DNA of 64,000 nucleotides from Auanema rhodensis (Eukaryota; Animalia; Nematoda): positions 1-64,000 of the forward strand of contig OZ059896.1 of the NCBI GenBank assembly GCA_964057225.1, written 5' to 3'. Positions 42,501-57,900 of the stretch are shown here, in pieces. Both the position numbers and the translations under genes were made by a program. The notes beneath the pieces were generated by a model. That model did no database searches. It saw only the letters and a list, made by a program, of their open reading frames with translations, and was not told the origin of the DNA. Positions within the stretch are counted from its first letter, which is position 1. The number at the start of each line of letters is the position of its first letter.

Positions 42501-45479
42501 CGAGTTACATACCAAGTGCACATCACGTGTACATTTAATTAACATAAATTAAAGTTCACGTAAATTTCAAAGTCATGGTTACCATGAACCAATATCAATA
42601 AAAATTTGTTTTTAGACTAATATGGACATGAGGAATCTAATTTTGAAAACCGCATCTCTTTATCTTTCACGTGAAGCGAGTTACATACCAAGTGCACATC
42701 ACGTGTACATTTAATTAGCATAAATTAAAGTTCACGTAAATTTCAAAGTCATGGTTACCATGCACCAATATCAATAAAAATTTGTTTTTAGACTAATATG
42801 GACATGGGGAATCTAATTTTGAAAACCGCATCTCTTTATCTTTCACGTGAAGCGAGTTACATACCAAGTGCACATCACGTGTACATTTAATTAGCATAAA
42901 TTAAAGTTCACGTAAATTTCAAAGTCATGGTTACCATGCACCAATATCAATAAAAATTTGTTTTTAGACTAATATGGACATGGGGAATCTAATTTTGAAA
43001 ACCGCATCTCTTCATCTTTCACGTGAAGCGAGTTACATACCAAGTGCACATCACGTGTACATTTAATTAGCATAAATTAAAGTTCACGTAAATTTCAAAG
43101 TCATGGTTACCATGCACCAATATCAATAAAAATTTGTTTTTAGACTAATATGGACATGGGGAATCTAATTTTGAAAACCGCATCTCTTTATCTTTCACGT
43201 GAAGCGAGTTACATACCAAGTGCACATCACGTGTACATTTAATTAGCATAAATTAAAGTTCACGTAAATTTCAAAGTCATGGTTACCATGAACCAATATC
43301 AATAAAAATTTGTTTTTAGACTAATATGGACATGGGGAATCTAATTTCGAAAACCGCATCTCTTTATCTTTCACGTGAAGCGAGTTACATACCAAGTGCA
43401 CATCACGTGTACATTTAATTAGCATAAATTAAAGTTCACGTAAATTTCAAAGTCATGGTTACCATGCACCAATATCAATAAAAATTTGTTTTTAGACTAA
43501 TATGGACATGGGGAATCTAATGTTGAAAACCGCATCTCTTTATCTTTCACGTGAAGCGAGTTACATACCAAGTGCACATCACGTGTACATTTAATTAGCA
43601 TAAATTAAAGTTCACGTAAATTTCAAAGTCATGGTTACCATGCACCAATATCAATAAAAATTTGTTTTTAGACTAATATGGACATGGGGAATCTAATTTT
43701 GAAAACCGCATCTCTTTATCTTTCACGTGAAGCGAGTTACATACCAAGTGCACATCACGTGTACATTTAATTAGCATAAATTAAAGTTCACGTAAATTTC
43801 AAAGTCATGGTTACCATGAACCAATATCAATAAAAATTTGTTTTTAGACTAATATGGACATGGGGAATCTAATTTTGAAAACCGCATCTCTTTATCTTTC
43901 ACGTGAAGCGAGTTACATACCAAGTGCACATCACGTGTACATTTAATTAGCATAAATTAAAGTTCACGTAAATTTCAAAGTCATGGTTACCATGCACCAA
44001 TATCAATAAAAATTTGTTTTTAGACTAATATGGACATGGGGAATCTAATTTTGAAAACCGCATCTCTTTATCTTTCACGTGAAGCGAGTTACATACCAAG
44101 TGCACATCACGTGTACATTTAATTAGCATAAATTAAAGTTCACGTAAATTTCAAAGTCATGGTTACCATGCACCAATATCAATAAAAATTTGTTTTTAGA
44201 CTAATATGGACATGGGGAATCTAATTTTGAAAACCGCATCTCTTTATCTTTCACGTGAAGCGAGTTACATACCAAGTGCACATCACGTGTACATTTAATT
44301 AGCATAAATTAAAGTTCACGTAAATTTCAAAGTCATGGTTACCATGCGCCAATATCAATAAAAATTTGTTTTTAGACTAATATGTACATGGGGAATCTTA
44401 TTTTGAAAACCGCATCTCTTTATCTTTCACGTGAAGCGAGTTACATACCAAGTGCACATCACGTGTACATTTAATTAACATAAATTAAAGTTCACGTAAA
44501 TTTCAAAGTCATGGTTACCATGCACCAATATCAATAAAAATTTGTTTTTAGACTAATATGGACATGGGGAATCTAATTTTGAAAACCGCATCTCTTTATC
44601 TTTCACGTGAAGCGAGTTACATACCAAGTGCACATCACGTGTACATTTAATTAGCATAAATTAAAGTTCACGTAAATTTCAAAGTCATGGTTACCATGCA
44701 CCAATATCAATAAAAATTTGTTTTTAGACTAATATGGACATGAGGAATCTAATTTTGAAAACCGCATCTCTTTATCTTTCACGTGAAGCGAGTTACATAC
44801 CAAGTGCACATCACGTGTACATTTAATTAGCATAAATTAAAGTTCACGTAAATTTCAAAGTCATGGTTACCATGCACCAATATCAATAAAAATTTGTTTT
44901 TAGACTAATATGGACATGGGGAATCTAATTTTGAAAACCGCATCTCTTTATCTTTCACGTGAAGCGAGTTACATACCAAGTGCACATCACGTGTACATTT
45001 AATTAGCATAAATTAAAGTTCACGTAAATTTCAAAGTCATGGTTACCATGAACCAATATCGATAAAATTTTGTTTTTAGACTAATATGGACATGGGGAAT
45101 CTAATTTTGAAAACCGCATCTCTTTATCTTTCACGTGAAGCGAGTTACATACCAAGTGCACATCACGTGTACATTTAATTAGCATAAATTAAAGTTCACG
45201 TAAAATTCAAAGTCATGGTTACCATGCACCAATATCAATAAAAATTTGTTTTTAGACTAATATGGACATGGGGAATCTAATTTTAAAAACCGCATCTCTT
45301 TATCTTTCACGTGAAGCGAGTTACATACCAAGTGCACATCACGTGTACATTTAATTAGCATAAATTAAAGTTCACGTAAATTTCAAAGTCATGGTTACCA
45401 TGCACCAATATCAATAAAAATTTGTTTTTAGACTAATATGGACATGGGGAATCTAATTTTGAAAACCGCATCTCTTTAT

Positions 45480-48400
45480 CTTTCACGTGAAGCGAGTTAC
45501 ATACCAAGTGCACATCACGTGTACATTTAATTAGCATAAATTAAAGTTCACGTAAATTTCAAAGTCATGGTTACCATGAACCAATATCGATAAAATTTTG
45601 TTTTTAGACTAATATGGACATGGGGAATCTAATTTTGAAAACCGCATCTCTTTATCTTTCACGTGAAGCGAGTTACATACCAAGTGCACATCACGTGTAC
45701 ATTTAATTAGCATAAATTAAAGTTCACGTAAATTTCAAAGTCATGGTTACCATGCACCAATATCAATAAAAATTTGTTTTTAGACTAATATGGACATGGG
45801 GAATCTAATTTTAAAAACCGCATCTCTTTATCTTTCACGTGAAGCGAGTTACATACCAAGTGCACATCACGTGTACATTTAATTAGCATAAATTAAAGTT
45901 CACGTAAATTTCAAAGTCATGGTTACCATGCACCAATATCAATAAAAATTTGTTTTTAGACTAATATGGACATGGGGAATCTAATTTTGAAAACCGCATC
46001 TCTTTATCTTTCACGTGAAGCGAGTTACATACCAAGTGCACATCACGTGTACATTTAATTAGCATAAATTAAAGTTCACGTAAATTTCAAAGTCATGGTT
46101 ACCATGAACCAATATCAATAAAAATTTGTTTTTAGACTAATATGGACATGGGGAATCTTATTTTGAAAACCGCATCTCTTTATCTTTCACGTGAAGCGAG
46201 TTACATACCAAGTGCACATCACGTGTACATTTAATTAACATAAATTAAAGTTCACGTAAATTTCAAAGTCATGGTTACCATGCACCAATATCAATAAAAA
46301 TTTGTTTTTAGACTAATATGGACATGGGGAATCTAATTTTGAAAACCGCATCTCTTTATCTTTCACGTGAAGCGAGTTACATACCAAGTGCACATCACGT
46401 GTACATTTAATTAGCATAAATTAAAGTTCACGTAAATTTCAAAGTCATGGTTACCATGCACCAATATCAATAAAAATTTGTTTTTAGACTAATATGGACA
46501 TGGGGAATCTAATTTTGAAAACCGCATCTCTTTATCTTTCACGTGAAGCGAGTTACATACCAAGTGCACATCACGTGTACATTTAATTAGCATAAATTAA
46601 AGTTCACGTAAATTTCAAAGTCATGGTTACCATGAACCAATATCAAAAAAATTTGTTTTTAGACTAATATGGACATGGGGAATCTAATTTTGAAAACCGC
46701 ATCTCTTTATCTTTCACGTGAAGCGAGTTACATACCAAGTGCACATCACGTGTACATTTAATTAGCATAAATTAAAGTTCACGTAAATTTCAAAGTCATG
46801 GTTACCATGAACCAATATCGATAAAATTTTGTTTTTAGACTAATATGGACATGGGGAATCTAATATTGAAAACCGCATCTCTTTATCTTTCACGTGAAGC
46901 GAGTTACATACCAAGTGCACATCACGTGTACATTTAATTAGCATAAATTAAAGTTCACGTAAAATTCAAAGTCATGGTTACCATGCACCAATATCAATCA
47001 AAATTTGTTTTTAGACTAATATGGACATGGGGAATCTAATTTTGAAAACCGCATCTCTTCATCTTTCACGTGAAGCGAGGTACATACCAAGTGCACATCA
47101 CGTGTACATTTAATTAGCATAAATTAAAGTTCACGTAAATTTCAAAGTCATGGTTACCATGCACCAATATCAATAAAAATTTGTTTTTAGACTAATATGG
47201 ACATGGGGAATCTAATTTTGAAAACCGCATCTCTTTATCTTTCACGTGAAGCGAGTTACATACCAAGTGCACATCACGTGTACATTTAATTAGCATAAAT
47301 TAAAGTTCACGTGAATTTCAAAGTCATGGTTACCATGAACCAATATCAATAAAAATTTGTTTTTAGACTAATATGGACATGGGGAATCTAATTTTGAAAA
47401 CCGCATCTCTTTATCTTTCACGTGAAGCGAGTTACATACCAAGTGCACATCACGTGTACATTTAATTAGCATAAATTAAAGTTCACGTAAATTTCAAAGT
47501 CATGGTTACCATGAACCAATATCGATAAAATTTTGTTTTTAGACTAATATGGACATGGGGAATCTAATTTTGAAAACCGCATCTCTTTATCTTTCACGTG
47601 AAGCGAGTTACATACCAAGTGCACATCACGTGTACATTTAATTAGCATAAATTAAAGTTCACGTAAATTTCAAAGTCATGGTTACCATGCACCAATATCA
47701 ATAAAAATTTGTTTTTAGACTAATATGGACATGGGGAATCTAATTTTAAAAACCGCATCTCTTTATCTTTCACGTGAAGCGAGTTACATACCAAGTGCAC
47801 ATCACGTGTACATTTAATTAGCATAAATTAAAGTTCACGTAAATTTCAAAGTCATGGTTACCATGCACCAATATCAATAAAAATTTGTTTTTAGACTAAT
47901 ATGGACATGGGGAATCTAATTTTGAAAACCGCATCTCTTTATCTTTCACGTGAAGCGAGTTACATACCAAGTGCACATCACGTGTACATTTAATTAGCAT
48001 AAATTAAAGTTCACGTAAATTTCAAAGTCATGGTTACCATGAACCAATATCAATAAAAATTTGTTTTTAGACTAATATGGACATGGGGAATCTTATTTTG
48101 AAAACCGCATCTCTTTATCTTTCACGTGAAGCGAGTTACATACCAAGTGCACATCACGTGTACATTTAATTAACATAAATTAAAGTTCACGTAAATTTCA
48201 AAGTCATGGTTACCATGCACCAATATCAATAAAAATTTGTTTTTAGACTAATATGGACATGGGGAATCTAATTTTGAAAACCGCATCTCTTTATCTTTCA
48301 CGTGAAGCGAGTTACATACCAAGTGCACATCACGTGTACATTTAATTAGCATAAATTAAAGTTCACGTAAATTTCAAAGTCATGGTTACCATGCACCAAT

Positions 48401-51400
48401 ATCAATAAAAATTTGTTTTTAGACTAATATGGACATGAGGAATCTAATTTTGAAAACCGCATCTCTTTATCTTTCACGTGAAGCGAGTTACATACCAAGT
48501 GCACATCACGTGTACATTTAATTAGCATAAATTAAAGTTCACGTAAATTTCAAAGTCATGGTTACCATGCACCAATATCAATAAAAATTTGTTTTTAGAC
48601 TAATATGGACATGGGGAATCTAATTTTGAAAACCGCATCTCTTTATCTTTCACGTGAAGCGAGTTACATACCAAGTGCACATCACGTGTACATTTAATTA
48701 GCATAAATTAAAGTTCACGTAAATTTCAAAGTCATGGTTACCATGAACCAATATCAAAAAAATTTGTTTTTAGACTAATATGGACATGGGGAATCTAATT
48801 TCGAAAACCGCATCTCTTTATCTTTCACGTGAAGCGAGTTACATACCAAGTGCACATCACGTGTACATTTAATTAGCATAAATTAAAGTTCACGTAAATT
48901 TCAAAGTCATGGTTACCATGAACCAATATCGATAAAATTTTGTTTTTAGACTAATATGGACATGGGGAATCTAATTTTGAAAACCGCATCTCTTTATCTT
49001 TCACGTGAAGCGAGTTACATACCAAGTGCACATCACGTGTACATTTAATTAGCATAAATTAAAGTTCACGTAAATTTCAAAGTCATGGTTACCATGAACC
49101 AATATCAATAAAAATTTGTTTTTAGACTAATATGGACATGGGGAATCTTATTTTGAAAACCGCATCTCTTTATCTTTCACGTGAAGCGAGTTACATACCA
49201 AGTGCACATCACGTGTACATTTAATTAACATAAATTAAAGTTCACGTAAATTTCAAAGTCATGGTTACCATGCACCAATATCAATAAAAATTTGTTTTTA
49301 GACTAATATGGACATGGGGAATCTAATTTTGAAAACCGCATCTCTTTATCTTTCACGTGAAGCGAGTTACATACCAAGTGCACATCACGTGTACATTTAA
49401 TTAGCATAAATTAAAGTTCACGTAAATTTCAAAGTCATGGTTACCATGAACCAATATCGATAAAATTTTGTTTTTAGACTAATATGGACATGGGGAATCT
49501 AATTTTGAAAACCGCATCTCTTTATCTTTCACGTGAAGCGAGTTACATACCAAGTGCACATCACGTGTACATTTAATTAGCATAAATTAAAGTTCACGTA
49601 AATTTCAAAGTCATGGTTACCATGCACCAATATCAATAAAAATTTGTTTTTAGACTAATATGGACATGGGGAATCTAATTTTAAAAACCGCATCTCTTTA
49701 TCTTTCACGTGAAGCGAGTTACATACCAAGTGCACATCACGTGTACATTTAATTAGCATAAATTAAAGTTCACGTAAATTTCAAAGTCATGGTTACCATG
49801 CACCAATATCAATAAAAATTTGTTTTTAGACTAATATGGACATGGGGAATCTAATTTTAAAAACCGCATCTCTTTATCTTTCACGTGAAGCGAGTTACAT
49901 ACCAAGTGCACATCACGTGTACATTTAATTAGCATAAATTAAAGTTCACGTAAATTTCAAAGTCATGGTTACCATGAACCAATATCGATAAAATTTTGTT
50001 TTTAGACTAATATGGACATGGGGAATCTAATTTTGAAAACCGCATCTCTTTATCTTTCACGTGAAGCGAGTTACATACCAAGTGCACATCACGTGTACAT
50101 TTAATTAGCATAAATTAAAGTTCACGTAAATTTCAAAGTCATGGTTACCATGCACCAATATCAATAAAAATTTGTTTTTAGACTAATATGGACATGGGGA
50201 ATCTAATTTTAAAAACCGCATCTCTTTATCTTTCACGTGAAGCGAGTTACATACCAAGTGCACATCACGTGTACATTTAATTAGCATAAATTAAAGTTCA
50301 CGTAAATTTCAAAGTCATGGTTACCATGCACCAATATCAATAAAAATTTGTTTTTAGACTAATATGGACATGGGGAATCTAATTTTGAAAACCGCATCTC
50401 TTTATCTTTCACGTGAAGCGAGTTACATACCAAGTGCACATCACGTGTACATTTAATTAGCATAAATTAAAGTTCACGTAAATTTCAAAGTCATGGTTAC
50501 CATGAACCAATATCAATAAAAATTTGTTTTTAGACTAATATGGACATGGGGAATCTTATTTTGAAAACCGCATCTCTTTATCTTTCACGTGAAGCGAGTT
50601 ACATACCAAGTGCACATCACGTGTACATTTAATTAACATAAATTAAAGTTCACGTAAATTTCAAAGTCATGGTTACCATGCACCAATATCAATAAAAATT
50701 TGTTTTTAGACTAATATGGACATGGGGAATCTAATTTTGAAAACCGCATCTCTTTATCTTTCACGTGAAGCGAGTTACATACCAAGTGCACATCACGTGT
50801 ACATTTAATTAGCATAAATTAAAGTTCACGTAAATTTCAAAGTCATGGTTACCATGCACCAATATCAATAAAAATTTGTTTTTAGACTAATATGGACATG
50901 GGGAATCTAATTTTGAAAACCGCATCTCTTTATCTTTCACGTGAAGCGAGTTACATACCAAGTGCACATCACGTGTACATTTAATTAGCATAAATTAAAG
51001 TTCACGTAAATTTCAAAGTCATGGTTACCATGAACCAATATCAAAAAAATTTGTTTTTAGACTAATATGGACATGGGGAATCTAATTTTGAAAACCGCAT
51101 CTCTTTATCTTTCACGTGAAGCGAGTTACATACCAAGTGCACATCACGTGTACATTTAATTAGCATAAATTAAAGTTCACGTAAATTTCAAAGTCATGGT
51201 TACCATGAACCAATATCGATAAAATTTTGTTTTTAGACTAATATGGACATGGGGAATCTAATATTGAAAACCGCATCTCTTTATCTTTCACGTGAAGCGA
51301 GTTACATACCAAGTGCACATCACGTGTACATTTAATTAGCATAAATTAAAGTTCACGTAAAATTCAAAGTCATGGTTACCATGCACCAATATCAATCAAA

Positions 51401-53360
51401 ATTTGTTTTTAGACTAATATGGACATGGGGAATCTAATTTTGAAAACCGCATCTCTTCATCTTTCACGTGAAGCGAGGTACATACCAAGTGCACATCACG
51501 TGTACATTTAATTAGCATAAATTAAAGTTCACGTAAATTTCAAAGTCATGGTTACCATGCACCAATATCAATAAAAATTTGTTTTTAGACTAATATGGAC
51601 ATGGGGAATCTAATTTTGAAAACCGCATCTCTTTATCTTTCACGTGAAGCGAGTTACATACCAAGTGCACATCACGTGTACATTTAATTAGCATAAATTA
51701 AAGTTCACGTGAATTTCAAAGTCATGGTTACCATGAACCAATATCAATAAAAATTTGTTTTTAGACTAATATGGACATGGGGAATCTAATTTTGAAAACC
51801 GCATCTCTTTATCTTTCACGTGAAGCGAGTTACATACCAAGTGCACATCACGTGTACATTTAATTAGCATAAATTAAAGTTCACGTAAATTTCAAAGTCA
51901 TGGTTACCATGAACCAATATCGATAAAATTTTGTTTTTAGACTAATATGGACATGGGGAATCTAATTTTGAAAACCGCATCTCTTTATCTTTCACGTGAA
52001 GCGAGTTACATACCAAGTGCACATCACGTGTACATTTAATTAGCATAAATTAAAGTTCACGTAAATTTCAAAGTCATGGTTACCATGCACCAATATCAAT
52101 AAAAATTTGTTTTTAGACTAATATGGACATGGGGAATCTAATTTTAAAAACCGCATCTCTTTATCTTTCACGTGAAGCGAGTTACATACCAAGTGCACAT
52201 CACGTGTACATTTAATTAGCATAAATTAAAGTTCACGTAAATTTCAAAGTCATGGTTACCATGCACCAATATCAATAAAAATTTGTTTTTAGACTAATAT
52301 GGACATGGGGAATCTAATTTTGAAAACCGCATCTCTTTATCTTTCACGTGAAGCGAGTTACATACCAAGTGCACATCACGTGTACATTTAATTAGCATAA
52401 ATTAAAGTTCACGTAAATTTCAAAGTCATGGTTACCATGAACCAATATCAATAAAAATTTGTTTTTAGACTAATATGGACATGGGGAATCTTATTTTGAA
52501 AACCGCATCTCTTTATCTTTCACGTGAAGCGAGTTACATACCAAGTGCACATCACGTGTACATTTAATTAACATAAATTAAAGTTCACGTAAATTTCAAA
52601 GTCATGGTTACCATGCACCAATATCAATAAAAATTTGTTTTTAGACTAATATGGACATGGGGAATCTAATTTTGAAAACCGCATCTCTTTATCTTTCACG
52701 TGAAGCGAGTTACATACCAAGTGCACATCACGTGTACATTTAATTAGCATAAATTAAAGTTCACGTAAATTTCAAAGTCATGGTTACCATGCACCAATAT
52801 CAATAAAAATTTGTTTTTAGACTAATATGGACATGAGGAATCTAATTTTGAAAACCGCATCTCTTTATCTTTCACGTGAAGCGAGTTACATACCAAGTGC
52901 ACATCACGTGTACATTTAATTAGCATAAATTAAAGTTCACGTAAATTTCAAAGTCATGGTTACCATGCACCAATATCAATAAAAATTTGTTTTTAGACTA
53001 ATATGGACATGGGGAATCTAATTTTGAAAACCGCATCTCTTTATCTTTCACGTGAAGCGAGTTACATACCAAGTGCACATCACGTGTACATTTAATTAGC
53101 ATAAATTAAAGTTCACGTAAATTTCAAAGTCATGGTTACCATGAACCAATATCAAAAAAATTTGTTTTTAGACTAATATGGACATGGGGAATCTAATTTC
53201 GAAAACCGCATCTCTTTATCTTTCACGTGAAGCGAGTTACATACCAAGTGCACATCACGTGTACATTTAATTAGCATAAATTAAAGTTCACGTAAATTTC
53301 AAAGTCATGGTTACCATGAACCAATATCGATAAAATTTTGTTTTTAGACTAATATGGACA
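45480..53360 (+). repeat. Duplication at 25-monomer (4398-bp) offset, built from 11/12-mer higher-order units
   Basis: TCTTATT 46159/50557; T deletion (CAAAAAAAT) ~46646/~51044 and ~48757/~53155; GAGGTAC 47080/51478; ATGAGG 48438/52836; TTTCGAAA 48802/53200. Internal periods are 1935 and 2111 bp. Confidence 0.88.
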
Positions 53361-54979
53361 TGGGGAATCTAATATTGAAAACCGCATCTCTTTATCTTTC
53401 ACGTGAAGCGAGTTACATACCAAGTGCACATCACGTGTACATTTAATTAGCATAAATTAAAGTTCACGTAAAATTCAAAGTCATGGTTACCATGCACCAA
53501 TATCAATCAAAATTTGTTTTTAGACTAATATGGACATGGGGAATCTAATTTTGAAAACCGCATCTCTTCATCTTTCACGTGAAGCGAGGTACATACCAAG
53601 TGCACATCACGTGTACATTTAATTAGCATAAATTAAAGTTCACGTAAATTTCAAAGTCATGGTTACCATGCACCAATATCAATAAAAATTTGTTTTTAGA
53701 CTAATATGGACATGGGGAATCTAATTTTGAAAACCGCATCTCTTTATCTTTCACGTGAAGCGAGTTACATACCAAGTGCACATCACGTGTACATTTAATT
53801 AGCATAAATTAAAGTTCACGTGAATTTCAAAGTCATGGTTACCATGAACCAATATCAATAAAAATTTGTTTTTAGACTAATATGGACATGGGGAATCTAA
53901 TTTTGAAAACCGCATCTCTTTATCTTTCACGTGAAGCGAGTTACATACCAAGTGCACATCACGTGTACATTTAATTAGCATAAATTAAAGTTCACGTAAA
54001 TTTCAAAGTCATGGTTACCATGCACCAATATCAATAAAAATTTGTTTTTAGACTAATATGGACATGGGGAATCTAATTTTGAAAACCGCATCTCTTTATC
54101 TTTCACGTGAAGCGAGTTACATACCAAGTGCACATCACGTGTACATTTAATTAGCATAAATTAAAGTTCACGTAAATTTCAAAGTCATGGTTACCATGAA
54201 CCAATATCAATAAAAATTTGTTTTTAGACTAATATGGACATGGGGAATCTAATATTGAAAACCGCATCTCTTTATCTTTCACGTGAAGCGAGTTACATAC
54301 CAAGTGCACATCACGTGTACATTTAATTAGCATAAATTAAAGTTCACGTGAATTTCAAAGTCATGGTTACCATGAACCAATATCGATAAAATTTTGTTTT
54401 TAGACTAATATGGACATGGGGAATCTAATATTGAAAACCGCATCTCTTTATCTTTCACGTGAAGCGAGTTACATACCAAGTGCACATCACGTGTACATTT
54501 AATTAGCATAAATTAAAGTTCACGTAAAATTCAAAGTCATGGTTACCATGCACCAATATCAATCAAAATTTGTTTTTAGACTAATATGGACATGGGGAAT
54601 CTAATTTTGAAAACCGCATCTCTTCATCTTTCACGTGAAGCGAGGTACATACCAAGTGCACATCACGTGTACATTTAATTAGCATAAATTAAAGTTCACG
54701 TAAATTTCAAAGTCATGGTTACCATGCACCAATATCAATAAAAATTTGTTTTTAGACTAATATGGACATGGGGAATCTAATTTTGAAAACCGCATCTCTT
54801 TATCTTTCACGTGAAGCGAGTTACATACCAAGTGCACATCACGTGTACATTTAATTAGCATAAATTAAAGTTCACGTGAATTTCAAAGTCATGGTTACCA
54901 TGAACCAATATCAATAAAAATTTGTTTTTAGACTAATATGGACATGGGGAATCTAATTTTGAAAACCGCATCTCTTCAT

Positions 54980-57900
54980 CTTTCACGTGAAGCGAGGTAC
55001 ATACCAAGTGCACATCACGTGTACATTTAATTAGCATAAATTAAAGTTCACGTAAATTTCAAAGTCATGGTTACCATGCACCAATATCAATAAAAATTTG
55101 TTTTTAGACTAATATGGACATGGGGAATCTAATTTTGAAAACCGCATCTCTTTATCTTTCACGTGAAGCGAGTTACATACCAAGTGCACATCACGTGTAC
55201 ATTTAATTAGCATAAATTAAAGTTCACGTGAATTTCAAAGTCATGGTTACCATGAACCAATATCAATAAAAATTTGTTTTTAGACTAATATGGACATGGG
55301 GAATCTAATTTTGAAAACCGCATCTCTTTATCTTTCACGTGAAGCGAGTTACATACCAAGTGCACATCACGTGTACATTTAATTAGCATAAATTAAAGTT
55401 CACGTAAATTTCAAAGTCATGGTTACCATGCACCAATATCAATAAAAATTTGTTTTTAGACTAATATGGACATGGGGAATCTAATTTTGAAAACCGCATC
55501 TCTTTATCTTTCACGTGAAGCGAGTTACATACCAAGTGCACATCACGTGTACATTTAATTAGCATAAATTAAAGTTCACGTAAATTTCAAAGTCATGGTT
55601 ACCATGAACCAATATCAATAAAAATTTGTTTTTAGACTAATATGGACATGGGGAATCTAATATTGAAAACCGCATCTCTTTATCTTTCACGTGAAGCGAG
55701 TTACATACCAAGTGCACATCATGTGTACATTTAATTAGCATAAATTAAAGTTCACGTAAAATTCAAAGTCATGGTTACCATGCACCAATATCAATAAAAA
55801 TTTGTTTTTAGACTAATATGGACATGGGGAATCTAATTTTGAAAACCGCATCTCTTTATCTTTCACGTGAAGCGAGTTACATGCCAAGTGCACATCACGT
55901 GTACATTTAATTAGCATAAATTAAAGTTCACGTAAATTTCAAAGTCATGGTTACCATGAAGCAATATCAATAAAAATTTGTTTTTAGACTAATATGGACA
56001 TGGGGAATCTAATTTTGAAAACCGCATCTCTTTATCTTTCACGTGAAGCGAGTTACATACCAAGTGCACATCACGTGTACATTTAATTAGCATTAATTAA
56101 AGTTCACGTAAATTTCAAAGTCATGGTTACCATGAACCAATATCAATAAAAATTTGTTTTTAGACTAATATGGACATGGGGAATCTAATTTTGAAAACCG
56201 CATCTCTTTATCTTTCACGTGAAGCGAGTTACATACCAAGTGCACATCACGTGTACATTTAATTAGCATAAATTAAAGTTCACGTAAATTTCAAAGTCAT
56301 GGTTACCATGCACCAATATCAATAAAAATTTGTTTTTAGACTAATATGGACATGAGGAATCTAATTTTGAAAACCGCATCTCTTTATCTTTCACGTGAAG
56401 CGAGTTACATACCAAGTGCACATCACGTGTACATTTAATTAGCATAAATTAAAGTTCACGTAAATTTCAAAGTCATGGTTACCATGCACCAATATCAATA
56501 AAAATTTGTTTTTAGACTAATATGGACATGGGGAATCTAATTTTGAAAACCGCATCTCTTTATCTTTCACGTGAAGCGAGTTACATACCAAGTGCACATC
56601 ACGTGTACATTTAATTAGCATAAATTAAAGTTCACGTAAATTTCAAAGTCATGGTTACCATGAACCAATATCAATAAAAATTTGTTTTTAGACTAATATG
56701 GACATGGGAAATCTAATTTTGAAAACCGCATCTCTTTATCTTTCACTTGAAGCGAGTTACATACCAAGTGCACATCACGTATACATTTAATTAGCATAAA
56801 TTAAAGTTCACGTAAATTTCAAAGTCATGGTTACCATGAACCAATATCAATAAAAATTTGTTTTTAGACTAATATGGACATGGGGAATCTAATTTTGAAA
56901 ACCGCATCTCTTTATCTTTCACGTGAAGCGAGTTACATACCAAGAGCACATCACGTGTACATTTAATTAGCATAAATTAAAGTTCACGTAAATTTCAAAG
57001 TCATGGTTACCATGCACCAATATCAATAAAAATTTGTTTTTAGACTAATATGGACATGGGGAATCTAATTTTGAAAACCGCATCTCTTTATCTTTCACGT
57101 GAAGCGAGTTACATACCAAGTGCACATCACGTGTACATTTAATTAGCATAAATTAAAGTTCACGTAAATTTCAAAGTCATGGTTACCATGAACCAATATC
57201 AAGAAAAATTTGTTTTTAGACTAATATGGACATGGGGAATCTAATTTCGAAAACCGCATCTCTTTATCTTTCACGTGAAGCGAGTTACATACCAAGTGCA
57301 CATCACGTGTACATTTAATTAGCATAAATTAAAGTTCACGTAAATTTCAAAGTCATGGTTACCATGCACCAATATCAATAAAAATTTGTTTTTAGACTAA
57401 TATGGACATGGGGAATCTAATTTTGAAAACCGCATCTCTTTATCTTTCACGTGAAGCGAGTTACATATCAAGTGCACATCACGTGTACATTTAATTAGCA
57501 TAAATTAAAGTTCACGTAAATTTCAAAGTCATGGTTACCATGCACCAATATCAATAAAAATTTGTTTTTAGACTAATATGGACATGGGGAATCTAATTTT
57601 GAAAACCGCATCTCTTTATCTTTCACGTGAAGCGAGTTACATACCAAGTGCACATCACGTGTACATTTAATTAGCATAAATTAAAGTTCACGTAAATTTC
57701 AAAGTCATGGTTACCATGAACCAATATCAATAAAAATTTGTTTTTAGACTAATATGGACATGGGGAATCTAATTTTGAAAACCGCATCTCTTTATCTTCC
57801 ACGTGAAGCGAGTTACATACCAAGTGCACATCACGTGTACATTTAATTAGCATAAATTAAAGTTCACGTAAATTTCAAAGTCATGGTTACCATGCACCAA

